Shown: positions 1 through 13,325, numbered from the whole stretch's first letter. The stretch: DNA of 61,380 nt, filler included, from Sphacelaria rigidula (GCA_964200075.2; 5 parts of 5 records of this genome joined end to end with filler, not necessarily neighbours in it); one strand, 5' to 3'. Notes: generated by a model from the letters alone, not told the origin. Made by a program: numbers and translations.

Positions 1-100
1 GTGATTCCTAGTCGTGATGATTCGTCCTAACCGTGCAAGCTACTCACGGGGCGAGCACGGATTTTCACCTGCCAAGCTACTCAACATTCGCATGCCGTAC

Positions 101-2264
101 CTGCAATAGCTCTGACACAAACTCCCGAAAGCAGGCCCCGACAATCCTCGCCGTTTCCGCTGACCAAGCCACGGTGTAATCACCGGTAGCATCAGGGCTG
201 TCCAGGGATTCTATCCCTGGGTTGATGAGAGAGGTCAGGCGAGCGCACAGTACCGACATCGGGCCAAGACCCACGAAGTCATCCGAGCTCACCAAATAGT
301 CTGTGTCCAGGTGCACCTTTGGACGGCAAATAACCCATCCGATGCCGAGACACCGAAGTGGGTAAGGAGACATGGGGACGGGGGACGGGGGACGGGGGGG
401 GGCGGGCACGGGTTAGTCGAGTACATGACAGCTGCAGACAAGTAGCGACAAGACGAAAAAACCGCAAGTGCTTTTGTCATACGCTCAGGTGTCGAACGAG
501 TCACGACGTCCGGGTGACTGACCACAACAGATCCACGGGAGGGGTTACGCTAGCACAATAATTACACAAACGTTCACGGGAATGTTGGGTAGGGTACTTC
601 CTACATTCGGGTATCGTGGAAAATCAAACTCCAAGCACCCAAAACTTGGGGTAAGAGTTATTGAGATCGTGTTCAACATTATAGTGGGTAGAGCAATGCG
701 ATCGTACCTAGCTATACCCAAGATTTGGGTAGAGTTTGGAGATCGGACCATCGCATCACAAAGTTGGGGAGAGTAAATACCCCGGTATTTCTCCCATCAA
801 CACCCCGTTGCAAGCGTTCAAGTATACCTGAGTAACATGACGTTCGAATGAACACTCAACATACGTTGACATGGGTGGTGTACGGAAAATAGTGGAATAA
901 GCGAACAAACACATATGAAGAAATCATGGCTTAATAAACCCTTTTTGAAACCAAGCACGTACACCATAGTACTACACGACACGGAAAGACGAAACGCAAA
1001 CATCGCCTGTGTACGCAAACGGCAGGCATGGGCGCACACCTGAACGGCATCTTTGGGTAGGTCCACCTCCTGCGCCGTGACCGAGTGCAACCCCAGCAGG
1101 AATGGGGTAGGGCACTGCAAAAGGTCGGCAGCCATGCGCCTCGGTAGCAGGGGCACGTAAACATGGCTCCACACCAAGGGATGCAGCAATGCTCTAGAGA
1201 CGGCGACAAGATCAAGCGAGGAGCGCGATCCAGCGTGTGTAAAATCGCGGGTAAAGGGGGTGCAAAACGACCACAGAGCGATATTTGGATTGCCAGTGAA
1301 GAGCTTGTTTCAGTACTACGAAGACGAACCGGCACCGGAACATCCGACTCGGTGCAACAGAACAGCAGGATACCCCCCCCCCGCCCCTCCCCGTTCTCGA
1401 GATAATGTCCGAAGGTGAATGTGGGGGGTACAAGACAAATACAAGAGACGTGAGAGAAATAAGGGGGAAACATGCGCTGACACGGAAAGTGGACGAAGAA
1501 GAGCACCTAAAGATATACGGAGAGTTGAGAGAGGGGATGCGGATCGAAATACAGTAGTGGGCGGTCTAACTATTCATTCTGAGGCATTTTGTGATTTCTT
1601 CGTCATTGACGATTTTCTTGGGCTCTTTTCGCTTACCACCACTCATCATATTCAGGATCTGAAGGTATTTGTATCCGCTCCACATTACAGGGGAAAAAAA
1701 TTATCTGTACTCAATATTGAGTGACTTACGGGCTGACCGGTGATGGGGGGTCCTGCGACGTTTCAGCCCAGATTCTTACTCTTCGGTATGTTCGGCCGAT
1801 CAAGCCTGACCCAATCATGTTATTTTTTAGATGTACAGTATTATTTTTTCCAAGTTATGCCTACTCATTGCACTAGAGCCGAAAAACTGTGTTTCACGGT
1901 CAATAACACCCTCCTGATGAACGGGATATTTACTCGTTTCGCCCGATAACACCACCTAGCACTGACTTGGGCACCATGTTTTGAGGGTAATCTGTTTATT
2001 GTACCAAAATCTACCGACGCTAGCAATTTCGAGTCCTATCGAAGAGTAGCACGCGAGGAAAACCTCAAAATCCCGCTGAATAGTTAGACGGCCCACTACT
2101 GTACATATGCAAGGCCCGATGGACCACACACAAAAAAAATGAAAATGCGATTTTGAGTGGGGTACCTGGACCTGCCAGAAAGAAGACGTGTACCAGTAAT
2201 CGGGTGGAGGAGAAAGTAGATGCACAGTATTACCCCTGTGGCGAGCAATATAAAGTAGAACTCA

Positions 2265-2325
<61 letters not shown>

Positions 2326-4048
2326 TCGTCCCATCTCTTCTGCGCGCCGGTCTACACCTTTCGGTATATGTGGGCGCACCAGCTGGGGTCACACAGGAGG
2401 AAGATCAACACAGGAGCTTTTTCTTGTCATTTTTTTTTAATACCCCACCTTCCTTCTGCGGTGCTTGCCTTTATTTTTGTATCGCGAGAGGGGTTTAGCA
2501 GTCCCTTTCCCTCGTCGACCGGTGAGTCGCATTTTGTGAGAAAAAAAATCCAGATCGCCCCGAGAATTGAACCCACGACCCAACCGCCAGAAGGGTTCGA
2601 GGTTACCAACTGAGTTACCGGGGCGACCGGCTTCGGTGGCAGAAAATGTGAACTATGCAAGTTGGAACGGGACGCGTTAGAGGGGAAACTGTGGGAAGTA
2701 AAGGAAGGTGGCATAAAACCGTGTGATACATGGTAGCGACGAAAATATCGCAATACTAGGAGCTAGATTGGGGCCTCAGACAGCGAAACAGGAAGGGGAT
2801 AAGAAAAGTAAAAAAGTTTTTGTGGGATGTATAGAAGAAACGTGTGCGTCAAAACGCTCAAGGGGTCTCTATTAGAAGTAGGGACGGTGCTCCGTCTCGA
2901 AAGGGATGCGTGGTTGTCAAATGACCAAGGCACCCCCTCCCCCCGCCCTTTTCGACATGCGTACCAGGTCCACAAGAAGACTACGCGAGAGCGGCCAAGA
3001 TCAGACACAACCAAGCCAGCAGGTACCACCGTGGTCTGCCTGCTCTGCTCACGTAATCAACGATCCTCACCTGAACACCTCTCCCGCCATGGTGAGCAAG
3101 CTCAAACGAGACGACACCATCACCACCTTCCTCTCGCAGAGCAGCGCCGTCACCACCATGCACAGCCGCCGGGGGCTGAGACATCGCAGTACAACAGAAG
3201 GATCGAAATCGACGGCTGCCCACACCCCTCCAAGCCCCCTCGGCAGCCGCGCCGGCGCGGCCAACGGAGTCGCCTTCGATAAGAACGGCGCTGGATGTGG
3301 TGCCGCCAGGACGGGCGACGAAGCAGGCCAATGCAACGGCTCGCTTGTCACTTCGCTCGCTCTCATGGCCCCAGATACGGCGGAATCCAGAACGTTTGTA
3401 CGCTCCACCTCTTGGTTTTCATCCACGACGCCATCGCCACCATCTTTCTCCATTTCACCCACGCCACCACGGTTCAAAAATGGAGCCATAATCTGCTCGA
3501 GTTCCATCCCAGTAAGTCCGGACCACGGCCCGCCAGCACTATCGCTTCCGCCATCTCCGCCACAGCCAACGTTGAGTACTGAGCAGCTCCGACCGTCTGG
3601 CAATACCTCCTCACTATCACCCCCTTCTCCACGGCCATCAGCATCCCAATCGAGCGGTCCACACGCGTAAAAATCAGCAGCATTACGAAGGCCATTTCCC
3701 GCCGGGGTGTTTTGCACGTCTGGATCCCCGTCCGGCAAAATATCATCGACCTTCGCCGACCGACCCCCTGTGATCGCCACCTCCGCTGCCGCGGCCGAGT
3801 CTCGCAAAACGTCTTGGCCGTGGACTCGCCAGTACTCCGACAGCGCATGCCGCATCGCGCCGCTCTCCGGGCGGGTGGACAAGAGGCACAATCCACTGGG
3901 CACGTAAAATACATGTCTTTGTCGCTGCTGCTGGCCGGGCCTGGCGCTGGCGCTAGTGTTGTCGCCACCGCGGCTCACTCGCCTCCCATCTCCGCCATCC
4001 CAGCTGTGGCGACCCCCGCGTCCGTCATTTCCGGCGGCCGGCGGACCA

Positions 4049-4080
<32 letters not shown>

Positions 4081-7000
4081 CGTCGCTCGACCGCCTCCGC
4101 TGCCGTCGGAGGCCGCCCTTGCTACCATCCCGCCCTTGTCGCCCGCTGTGTTTGGGACCACGTGCACAGCTTTCTGATTTGATCCGAACACGACCTTGCT
4201 ACCGCTGCTAGCTACGGCTACGTCCGAGCCGACGTCTACGGCCGTCGTTCCAGGAGATGACGCGGACGAAGAAACTGCTGCGGCGACGGCCGCGGCGGCC
4301 GCCACGGCAAAGTTGGTCCCCGTCCCCGACCTCGTACGGACCGGCGGCGACTTCCCAGCGACCTCTTGTGAGGACATAACCCTGCTTTTGAAGGTCTCCA
4401 TTTCCGTCGACAAGATTGAGCCTTCGTCCGACAAGGTAGGGGAGGCGAGGCAATTGGTGATGGCGCGCGGCTCTGGCGGCGGTGGCCCGCTTGCGTCGGT
4501 GTTGGCGGAGTCTGTTGGTAGCGGCGGTGACGGTACCTGGGATGCCTGGGGCTGGCTGGCTGACTTCTGAGAACGCTCCGTTGCACCTGATGAAAAACAA
4601 ACGTGGCGATTATTACACAGGACAGGGTGAGCAGTGCAAATATCAACGGAAATCAACCGCGCTGAGTCAACGCACCAAGTAGACAGCTTGCAAGTATCTA
4701 CACAACTGATGAAAGAGGTGAGAATAGGAGAGAGTCGAGCCAAAAACAAAAGCACTTCATGAGGCATCAAGGGGTCAGTTGCCAGAGTCCTGCGAACACA
4801 CTGCGACACCAACCTCGTAACACCTTTTTCGACACAGCTCTATTGCCCCTAAGCAACGCGGGTGAGCGGCTCTATTCTCTTCCCCCCCCCCCGATACACA
4901 CACCCCGCGTAGAACATGGAGCTAGCTCACCGAGGAAACTGCGCGCTCGACCGGCGTACGTCGAAAATTTGCTTGCTCCGCCGGCCGATGACGCAGACGC
5001 GGCAGCCCCAGATCCAGCGGTAGACCCGCCGAAGCCAGAGGCCGAGCTACTACTCGCCGAGCTCAATGACGATTTTCCACCGGCGCCCGTCACTGATGCT
5101 CGTGATCCTGCCGAACTGAACATCCCCATGGTCATCTTGAATCTCGACGCTGTCGATGTTGCTGTTGTTGTTGCTAATGTTGAAATTTTCGTGACCTGTT
5201 CCGCCTCGTCCGGCTTACGTTCTTCGGCCTCCGTAGGCACCGCAGTCTGCGCCGCCCCGCCTGCTACTACACCTTGGGAACCACCACCCACCGCTTCACC
5301 ACCATCTTCAGTTGTTGCAGGGGTCGTTGCTGTTGTAGCCGACGCTGAGACGATACCCAACGGCATCGTAGACGTACTATCAGTCACGCTGCCGTCAACC
5401 GCAGCCAAACTCCCACCCTCCACGGACGACACTTTCGGTGCAGCTGTACATGGCTCAGCTGCCGGTGCAGCCGATAGAGGCAAGCCGGGAGTTGTTTCAA
5501 GGCCGACGTGGTCGAGAAAGGCCCCACCCACAGCAGCCGCGGCCGCCGCGGGTTCGTGATGACTACTTGGCACAGCGACTGGTGTCGCTACCGGTGTCGG
5601 CCGTGAGCTCGAGGTATTAACCTTTGACGACGAGTCGGAGACGCTCGATCGACGATCGTCAGCAGCGCTCGCCGTCTCCTCGTGCTGACCGATCCACTGA
5701 GCTACCGGCCTGACAGCGCCAACGGCGAGCGGGGTGGGCCGAGAAACATGGATTGGACGCAAGCCACGAAAGCTACTGGCGGGGATGAAAAAGCCACCAC
5801 AGGGTATGAAAAATCACAGAGATAGGTTCCTGTACACACACATATATATATATATTGAAGATGTACATGACAAGAAAAAGATTTTTTGACGTACTGGTCG
5901 CGCCCAATCACTTCCCGCAAACATATCGCAAAATAAAATAATGGTCCAAAGTGCCGTTTCCATCAAACATTCGCACATACGCATACACACCTGAACACGG
6001 ATAGACAGGCCCCATAGAACATCCCCGCGCCGTTCCTTCCCGGCGCGGCGAACGTAAACAGCCGCGGAGGCGGACACCCGCACGGAGCCGCCTCCGCTTT
6101 GACACCGGCACGCCCCCGGCCAAGACGATTTCCGTCTTCATCCACGCCCTCCGGCGAGCATTGACACGGCCCATGGCCATTGGCCTGGAGCTCGGGGTAG
6201 AAGAATGGTTCTAAACCTTCTGGCACGGCGTCATCCACCGTTGTTCGCCCTACTGCCCCTTCCCTGCTGTTCACCGCTTCCCCAACCTGAACGGAGCGAA
6301 CGCGTGCCACCAGGTGCCTTGCTTAACTCAGATATGATGACTGTGGGAATGACAATTTCTAGAATATTATACCCTTCGCGGTTTTCCATGGCGATCGTAG
6401 TGTGTAGTTACAGTGGTGATTTAGGGTAGTACCGTATCTCAGCGTTTTACAAAATGTGCTTAATCCAAGAATAGGGTATATTCTAGACGGAACCGCGTCT
6501 ACAAGGATAGGAAGATGAAGGCATGCCCAGCTCGTCTGTCGGGTGGGGCGTGGACATGACTCTCATCTCATGAGTAGTTAAAAGATAATCGGCGGAAGGT
6601 GGGTTAGACGAGAGTATGACACTCGAATCGAAGTCGCTGGCGCAATGCCAGTCAACAAGCCATCCATCGAAACTATGGAATCAAAAAGAGAGAAAATAAT
6701 GGCTCTCGATCCTTGAACGGACGGACAGACACACTCGACTGTCGGCAGGGTGCCGCCGACAACAATATATCAACAAAATGCATGCTCCACAAAACAAACA
6801 CAAAACAAACACGCACACAAAGACTGACATACGTGCAGTATCTTCGAAAATAAGACGATGAGATGATCAATTCCATATGTCACCTTGACGTGTGTCACCC
6901 CGTGCTCCAAGCAGGACGAAAACGTCATCATCCACTCGGACACCCCGGCAACGCAAACCCCTTCTCCTCCACCCCCACACCCACCACTACTACCCCCGTC

Positions 7001-10000
7001 GCTACCCCCGCTGCCACACACCGATGTATCCCCCATTTGGTCATGATCCACTTCCCGCCTCGACGCGAACCCCCCGGGGGGTGAATTCAACACCAGCCCC
7101 TCTCCAATAACGCCGCCGTTCGGCAATGACGCAAGACTTTTGAGGTCATCACCCGCCGAGTAGCTGACCCTGCCGGTAGGAACACGGTGCCCGGGAGTTC
7201 CGTTCGCGGCGGTGCCTACATCGAACGATCCAGACGGCGACCGTTCCCCTCCCCCTCCTCCAGAGGAACATGAGCTAGTAGAGGCAGATGGTCGGCTCAT
7301 GTCGCGCTCCTCCGCGGTGATGACGTACGGACGGCGGCCAAACCGTCGAGCCACATGCGGAAGAGAGAGATGGTGGCGGAGCTCGGGCGAGGCTGGCGAT
7401 TTCGGGCGGAGGTATAGCGGGGAAGGGGGGAAATGCCGATGCAGCATGGGGGATCGAAAACGGTGGGCAGTGCAGGACCGGAAGCGGAGGGTTTGCGGAG
7501 ATAGACGGTCGTGACGCATACAAACTTACATTATATAATATAGGGTTTCGGTCATAATTTTCGAATGACGGTGAATCAAGAAACGAGACGCCCACCGTTC
7601 ATCTCGCGCAGAGAAAGTTTGGGAAATACGGAATATTTTCCATGACAATTTTTCAGAAAAATGACACCGAAAGCTTACAAGAAAAACGTACAAACACGGA
7701 CCCGCGAGTTCCACGACACCCGTTCGGCGGATTCATAAACTGAATGGCTGCGCATGGCCGCCTTGGCTAGCCGATTGCAACGATTAGCCGAGTTTGTCCT
7801 GACTTGAGCGACGTTCAGAATATATACGCCTATATTGATCATCAATACAAGACGCAGAAAAAGCCAAGGGGGCAGAACCCGCGGAAATTGCCGTGTGTGC
7901 CGTATGTAGCACCGTCTGTACCTTGTGAGGTACGTATGAGGTTTTCACGTGTCCGTCTTTGTTATTCATTGTTGGCGTGTGGTCGACAGCATGTCGGTAG
8001 AAGCGGGTGGGGTCGACGGTCGTCACCATGCCAAGTAGGCCCCTTGACAAACGCCTACTCTACAGCCAGCAAAAATTCGAGTACCAACGCAGGATGGTCA
8101 CGCCGCCACGAGCATCCGACCAGCGAATACAATTATCATACAAAAAAATGTATCCACCCACGATCGTTACTTCACCTGACCCCAATCCCGCGCCACTCCC
8201 GCTCCTGGAAAGCCTCCGAACAGGACGCGTCGCCGACCTTCCCTCCTCGTTAGACCCGCGGCCCCCCAACGGCGGCCTGTGTCGCGATATATGCGACGGC
8301 AGGTCCATCTTTCTCATGACCTTCTCCAGCACCCACCCACGCGATGCCTCCCACAGGGCCCCGAACTGCGGCCCCGACAACTCCGTCGCTGCGTCAATTG
8401 GCCCGCTACCGCTGCTGCTGTTGCTGCCGCTGCTACCACCACCAAATTCGTCTCCTTCTCCGCCTGCTCCCATTGCTGCAACCTCACCTTTCGCAGGGAG
8501 GGCGAGCGCCGTGCTTCTCTGCACATCGTCGCCACTACCGTTACCGCTGGCGGCGCTGGCGTTGGTATCCCTCCGCTTCTCCGGAGAATTTCCGAGGAAC
8601 GAAAACGGAGATGCGGGCATCTCGTCCGTCCCCAGCAGCTGCGGCGGCGACATCGCTATCCTCACGTAACCCCCGGGGCCAACAGCGCCACCACCACCAG
8701 TCTCTCCGGCTTTAATCTCAAGTCCCAAGTTGCCGGTGGCGTTGCTCGCGGGACTGTCAAACGTGCTGTCGGCTCCCGAGCCGGCGTTACATTCGACGGA
8801 GGGTTGGGGGGGGCGCCGGGCGCGTGCGGGGGACCCCACCGTGAGCTCCTCGCAGAGTTGTTCGTAAATGGGGCTCGCTTGGAATTCCGGGTACACTGTT
8901 GCGCAGAGCTGTTTACCGTGTGAGGATGGTGGAAATGATTTTTGGCCAGGAAGGGGAAGATGGGAAAGCGGGTACGCGGGTAAGTTTGATACATGTTGTG
9001 TACACCACGGAACGAGGATCTCCCGGCACACGAAGTACATCCACGTCTGATGTGCCTGTTAAGCTAGTAGGGTGCATGCCATTACACAAGCACCGAGGCA
9101 TAGAACAGCCAGCACACGTTGTCGTCGAAGATCCGCGTGCATCATCATGCGTACGATAATCTTCCACCCATTGGTGAGTGATGACATACACCAGTAAACG
9201 TTCATCTTAAAACGATAAGGAGAATGGCCGGGCGTGCCTGGAAGCAAGTACAGCTAACCTTCAACCACAAACTTAATCGTGACATACAAACGAGGAGTAG
9301 ACAAAGCAGCATACACTACACACCATACGCCTCACGCTGGGAAGAAGAGCCAACGCAACGGCGTGTCTCAAATTGCTCAGTTATCCCATTTATTAAAGCC
9401 ATACCCCATGCCCGCCAATACATGAAACTTCATCGAACAGGGGGCCGTCAACATTGTCCATACTAGTTGTAGCATATCTGAGGTGTTGCACTACACTCGA
9501 GAGACATCGATTTCGATACAAACCTCTCAGTACGAGCTCGCAAAGAATAGGGGACTCCCCCGTCTCGACTGTCGGTGCGACCTTCTTCCCCGGATGTGTC
9601 TCTCCTCTTTTCCTCCCCCATGATTCTCCTACTAAATTTCGAACGTCTCACACGGAGCAATCCCAAATATCACAACACCAAACCACCAAAACACCAAAAT
9701 TTCAAACTATATAATCCGCTGCCCCAACCATCACCGTGAACACACCTCGCCAGCTGCAAGTCCCGCACATCTCCCGAACAAACCTTTGTGCGGAATCTGA
9801 AGGCCGCCAACATACTTATCCTACAGGCATTTTATCAACCCGCAGCATTTCTACCCGGCCACGTCCGCATCTCCGTCACCCTCACCTTACGCAACACCTG
9901 CCGCTGAACCTCAAGCAACGCCTTCCCGATCGTCACTGCCCGGTCCACATCCACCCCGACCTCCCCCTCGACTTCCCCCGCGCCAAGACCAGCCACCCTC

Positions 10001-11472
10001 CGCCCACGCCCCACCGCTCCCCGCTCCTCCAACAACTCCCTGAGCGACACATAGGCGCTGCACTCCCGCGATAGGCCTATGAACGCGTGAGCAGTGCTCG
10101 ACAGGAAGAAGTCCCATAGGTACGTGGCGGAAGCCAAGATAGACGTCGCCGCGTCGGCTTTGGATTCCACAGGACCTTGATGTTGGTAATGGCGGTGGCG
10201 GCGCTGCGGGGGGGAACGTCTACGCCTGGGGGCGGCGGCGCCGGTGGTGCTACCGCCGCCGTCGTGCTGGTACCCGCTGGAAATATAATTACTGTTGTGG
10301 TTATATCCGCCGACTCTCAAACCGCCGCTTCCAGATATTGAAGGTCCATCGAGTGAGGTTCTCAACGACTGAGCGACATTCTTTCCAGTTCGTGCGGGGG
10401 AGGAAGGGGGAGGAGAGGGACGGCGCGCGCGCGGAGGGGGGGTGCTCATACTCCATTGTTGCTTGCCTCAGCACTTCAACCATTCACCACGCATCCCTTT
10501 CGAGACGAAGCACGGTAGGTGCACACACACAAACACACACGTTTGTGCCTTGTGGCAGTCAATAACATAACAGTTTACCATCTATGCTATACCGTAGGAA
10601 CAGATTTTATTCGATACAAAAGCGAAGACGAAATAGATCAGCGTGTCACGTTTTGGCTCTCAACAAATATATACCTCAGCTTCCCGCACAAATTCTTCCG
10701 CGACTTCCACCAACTCCCTGGGACCCCAGGTATCTGGCGAAAAAAATCGAGAAAGTCAATTATACAGCCTTTCGAAATACCTCAAAGCACTCGCGGGTAC
10801 AATTTCAGGGTTCAAGTCGAAACACGGCGTGAGCTTACGCTGGGGAGTAAATTCCGGCCGTTCACCCTGAACGAGCTTGTAATGAGTTCCCGAATGTATG
10901 TACTGACCTCGAAAATCTGAAAGAGGTGGTCTGCCATACGACTGCTCAGTACGACAAAAAGTAGCCCTTGTACAAACATGTGTGCGCATTCTCTGCTACA
11001 GTTAAATGTGCCCGTTAACGCAGATGATTCCAGCCAAATCGTGTTCAGTTTCTCCGCGAAAAACCCTAGGTTTCCACACCCCTTTACCCTAGGGGGTTCA
11101 AACGAAGGTCTTGGTAAATCCTATCCATATCCTCACGTCTCATCCCTAGGTTCATCTCTCCCCCGCCCCTCCAGAAACTCTCTAGTGCGGCACTGTGCGT
11201 GCTTGGTGTGAGCTTCTCGAAGTTGTCAAGAAACACCCAGCAAACATTCACACACAAATAAGGAAAAAAAGAAAGGCAACACAAGAAATACTCACGGCGA
11301 CAATGGGCATGCTGCTGAGGCTGTTCACGCGTACAGGAGGACTGTTTGATGTACGCCGCACCGATCGCCGAGTCTGGAGAACGACCATACGAGGCTTAAC
11401 GGCCAGCTCCACTTCTCGCCACACCATCAACCACCCGGGTACCTGGCCGGTGATCATATGCAGCAGCATCAC
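101..11472 (-). CDS. Partial multi-exon gene: N-terminal split RGS domain followed by uDENN/cDENN/dDENN (putative Rab GEF); runs off the contig
   Basis: GT-AG exons 11296-11472, 9886-~10380, ~8085-8908, 6884-~7350 (5' edge uncertain), 5991-6286, 4931-5709, 3071-4586, 1040-1193, 101-316. Junctions are phase-consistent except the unresolved ~8085/~7350 junction. DENN motifs: PEGLEPFFYP...FTFAA...FYGACLSVF, YVPSGLCLLSTRP, VVTALLCERKVVMVSSRLSLLT, LLHPLVWSHVYVPLLP...LLQCPTPFLLG. RGS-like helices in the three 5' exons. Confidence 0.85.
1040..1193 (-). CDS. DENN core exon
   Basis: ALLHPLVWSHVYVPLLPRRMAADLLQCPTPFLLGLH, a classic cDENN motif. Phase-2 join to the upstream exon and donor CAG|gtgtgc. 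Confidence 0.9.
1552..2101. mobile_element. Tc1/mariner-type non-autonomous element (MITE) with TA target duplication
   Basis: TIRs CAGTAGTGGGCGGTCTAACTATTCA / TGAATAGTTAGACGGCCCACTACTG, flanked by TA at 1550-1551 and 2102-2103. Confidence 0.85.
2265..2323. repeat. (TG)n microsatellite (SINE tail)
   Basis: Near-perfect TG dinucleotide run with one TA interruption. Confidence 0.95.
2265..2631 (-). mobile_element. tRNA-derived SINE with (CA)n tail
   Basis: The minus-strand head GCCGGTCGCCCCGGTAACTCAGTTGG...GGGTTCAATTC has Pol III A and B boxes. The body is shared with 23495-23720 and 57050-57398. The element ends in the (TG)n tract at 2265-2323. Confidence 0.8.
3071..4586 (-). CDS. Large exon of the RGS-DENN gene (cDENN N-terminal half with low-complexity inserts)
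   Basis: Acceptor tcatcag|GTGCA at 4586 and donor TTCAG|gtgagg at 3071. Encodes FYVPSGLCLLSTRP and VLRCLSPRRLCMVVTALLCERKVVMVSSRLSLLTMAGEVF. Confidence 0.85.
5991..6286 (-). CDS. uDENN exon
   Basis: VPEGLEPFFYPE...PRLFTFAAPGRNGAGMFYGACLSVFR. Donor TTCAG|gtgtgt; phase 2 matches the next exon. Confidence 0.75.
9886..10380 (-). CDS. RGS-domain exon (central helices)
   Basis: SATYLWDFFLSSTAHAFIGLSRE...LLEVQRQVLRK splices in phase 0 (AAG|gtgagg, then aaacag|CTC at 8908) to LCATVYPEFQASPIYEQL, matching the RGS C-terminal 'yPrFl.S..Y' motif. The 5' edge of this exon is approximate. Confidence 0.65.
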
Positions 11473-11957
11473 CTACAAATTTGAAAGACAACCGTTACGC
11501 CGGGCGAGAGGGGGCGCGCGATGAGGTAGGGGTAGGGGGTACATGATGATACAAAACAGACGTACTTATCTCTCACGGTGAAATGCGCGAGGACATCCAG
11601 TGGCGAAACGAACGAAGGACAACGGGAACAACAAAATGTTGAAAATCAAACGACCAGAAACGCTTTCTCAGCTCCTGTACTAGTCTGTTGAAACAAAACA
11701 ACCGAACACTTGCAACTTCAACAAGTGCTCCACGGCAGAATAAACACCGCATTAAACACATACACGAAGACCCCCTTACCCCCCCCCCCCCCCCCCTCCT
11801 TCCTCCTGTAGTGCGGTGTGGGAGAATCTCAACTCCACACAAGGGAGATGATCGTACTACGTAACTTTGAAAGAGTGAGACACCCATGAGGCAGTGTATA
11901 AGCCGTGGCTGTCTCTGCAAATGGCGATACCAGAAAATGAAGCAACTCATTGTAGGC

Positions 11958-12197
11958 TGTCATCCAAATGCAAGATAATCAGTACGATTCGGGCCGAACA
12001 ATCGTAGCAGGATGCAGCTCACCCTTCATGCGACTCGCCTATAACACCACGGCGCTTCGCGCTTGGTTAGGTGCGCGCCTGGTCCGGCGAAAACGCAGCG
12101 TGCTCTGCCCCGGTTTTGTAGGGATGCGAGGTCAATAGTCTCGTGACTATGGCATGCATGATCATGAGTACAACCCCCCACCATCCCCCACCCCCCC
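11958..12197 (+). repeat. Dispersed repeat, probable 3' end of a second retroposon family, ending CATGATCATGAGTAC + C-tract
   Basis: Homologous to 36265-36490. The terminal motif also occurs at 36890-36930 and, reversed, at about 36668-36706 and 48299-48337. Confidence 0.7.
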
Positions 12198-12297
12198 NNN
12201 NNNNNNNNNNNNNNNNNNNNNNNNNNNNNNNNNNNNNNNNNTTAATTAATTAANNNNNNNNNNNNNNNNNNNNNNNNNNNNNNNNNNNNNNNNNNNN
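12198..12297. other. Artificial contig-joining spacer (44 N + TTAATTAATTAA + 44 N)
   Basis: Identical 100-nt spacer recurring every 12296 nt. Confidence 0.97.
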
Positions 12298-13325
12298 CCC
12301 CGAAATAGTTTCAAGGAGGTCGGGGGGCATGAGGTCGTCCATGTGAAATTCATTGGTCATGACTTTAGGTCAGGGAAATCACTGTTTTCGAGTTGAAAAT
12401 CATTAAAATGTTGAACCTCAATATCGAATCCAGGCTGTTTCATCCAAAACACCACTTACGAAATGTGTGAGAGTACCCCAGGATTACTATTTCAATGTGC
12501 TTGAGATATCCCGAATCGATCTGCAAGCGGGGATGCCCTGATCCATATTCTTGTGCAATCTTGAATCGTTAGGAGTCCCTGAACCAGACAAGATTTCGCG
12601 CAAAAAGTGCACCCCTACCGTAGCATTGCTCCAATGCCGGCAACATGGAGAATAACCGCGGATATTCCGTAGTTGAAGACGAGTCGTGGCTGGTGTAAAT
12701 GCACATTCAGGCTGGGCACACATATCTAACGGCCGATTTTCATCATTTTCGAGGATGGAACTTTTCATTGATGATAATAACTCGGAAAATTAAGGTATCC
12801 ACACCAATTCTTCGTAATATGGTATCATCTAAATTCCTCACAATTGTTTTTTCGCTTAGGATCTCAACATTTTCGTTATCGCTGCCACACAAAACATTTG
12901 AACCAAAATCGATAATGACTACGAGAACGGCAGACGCAGCTCGCAGACAGCAGCGAGCACGAAACAGAGCACACTGAGCAATGAAAACTTCGCCGAATCT
13001 TCCTCGGTGATAACCTTCCACGCCTTGGTCCCTTAAGCAGTCACACCTACGGCGAAGATATCCACGAGTGGCGTGTGTGGTGGAAGGGGGGGGAGGAGGG
13101 GGTACGGTACAGAGTAGTACGTCGAGTATCGGGTAGTACGCACAGTACTGGCACCACCTCTCATGACAGTACTGGCAACACCTTTATAGACAGTATAGGC
13201 AGTACCTCTATGAAGAGTAAGTGCAATCAACAGAACACGCCGAGACAGCGACGAGCAGGCAACAAGTATTGTGTTGGGGAAGAATGCGGCGAGAATAATA
13301 CCGTTTCAAGCGCAGCATCATTGAG

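Larger units (their letters stand above)
1415..2935 (+). mobile_element. Non-LTR retrotransposon (LINE) 3' fragment in an intron, interrupted by a MITE and a SINE
   Basis: Similar to 24912-25825 and to the reverse complement of 36950-37600 (for example GTGGACGAAGAAGAGCACCT..AGATATACG and CCGTCTCGAAAGGGATGCGTGGT). The LINE sequence resumes on both sides of each insert. Confidence 0.8.

Noticed and set aside
2555-2631. tRNA gene on the minus strand (also about 57320-57398)
   Set aside because: A and B boxes are present, but each head is attached to the same dispersed body and the copies are diverged. This fits a SINE head, not a tRNA gene.
2827-8923. Long plus-strand ORFs (2906-3670, 4759-5559, 8007-8669 and others)
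   Set aside because: Antisense shadows of GC-rich exons of the RGS-DENN gene, with no recognisable motifs.
11573-11690. Candidate upstream exon for the RGS domain (PLDVLAHFT|gtgaga)
   Set aside because: There is an in-frame stop upstream with no AG acceptor between it and the donor.
12242-12253. Repeated TTAATTAATTAA as a biological motif
   Set aside because: Synthetic six-frame stop linker embedded in Ns.
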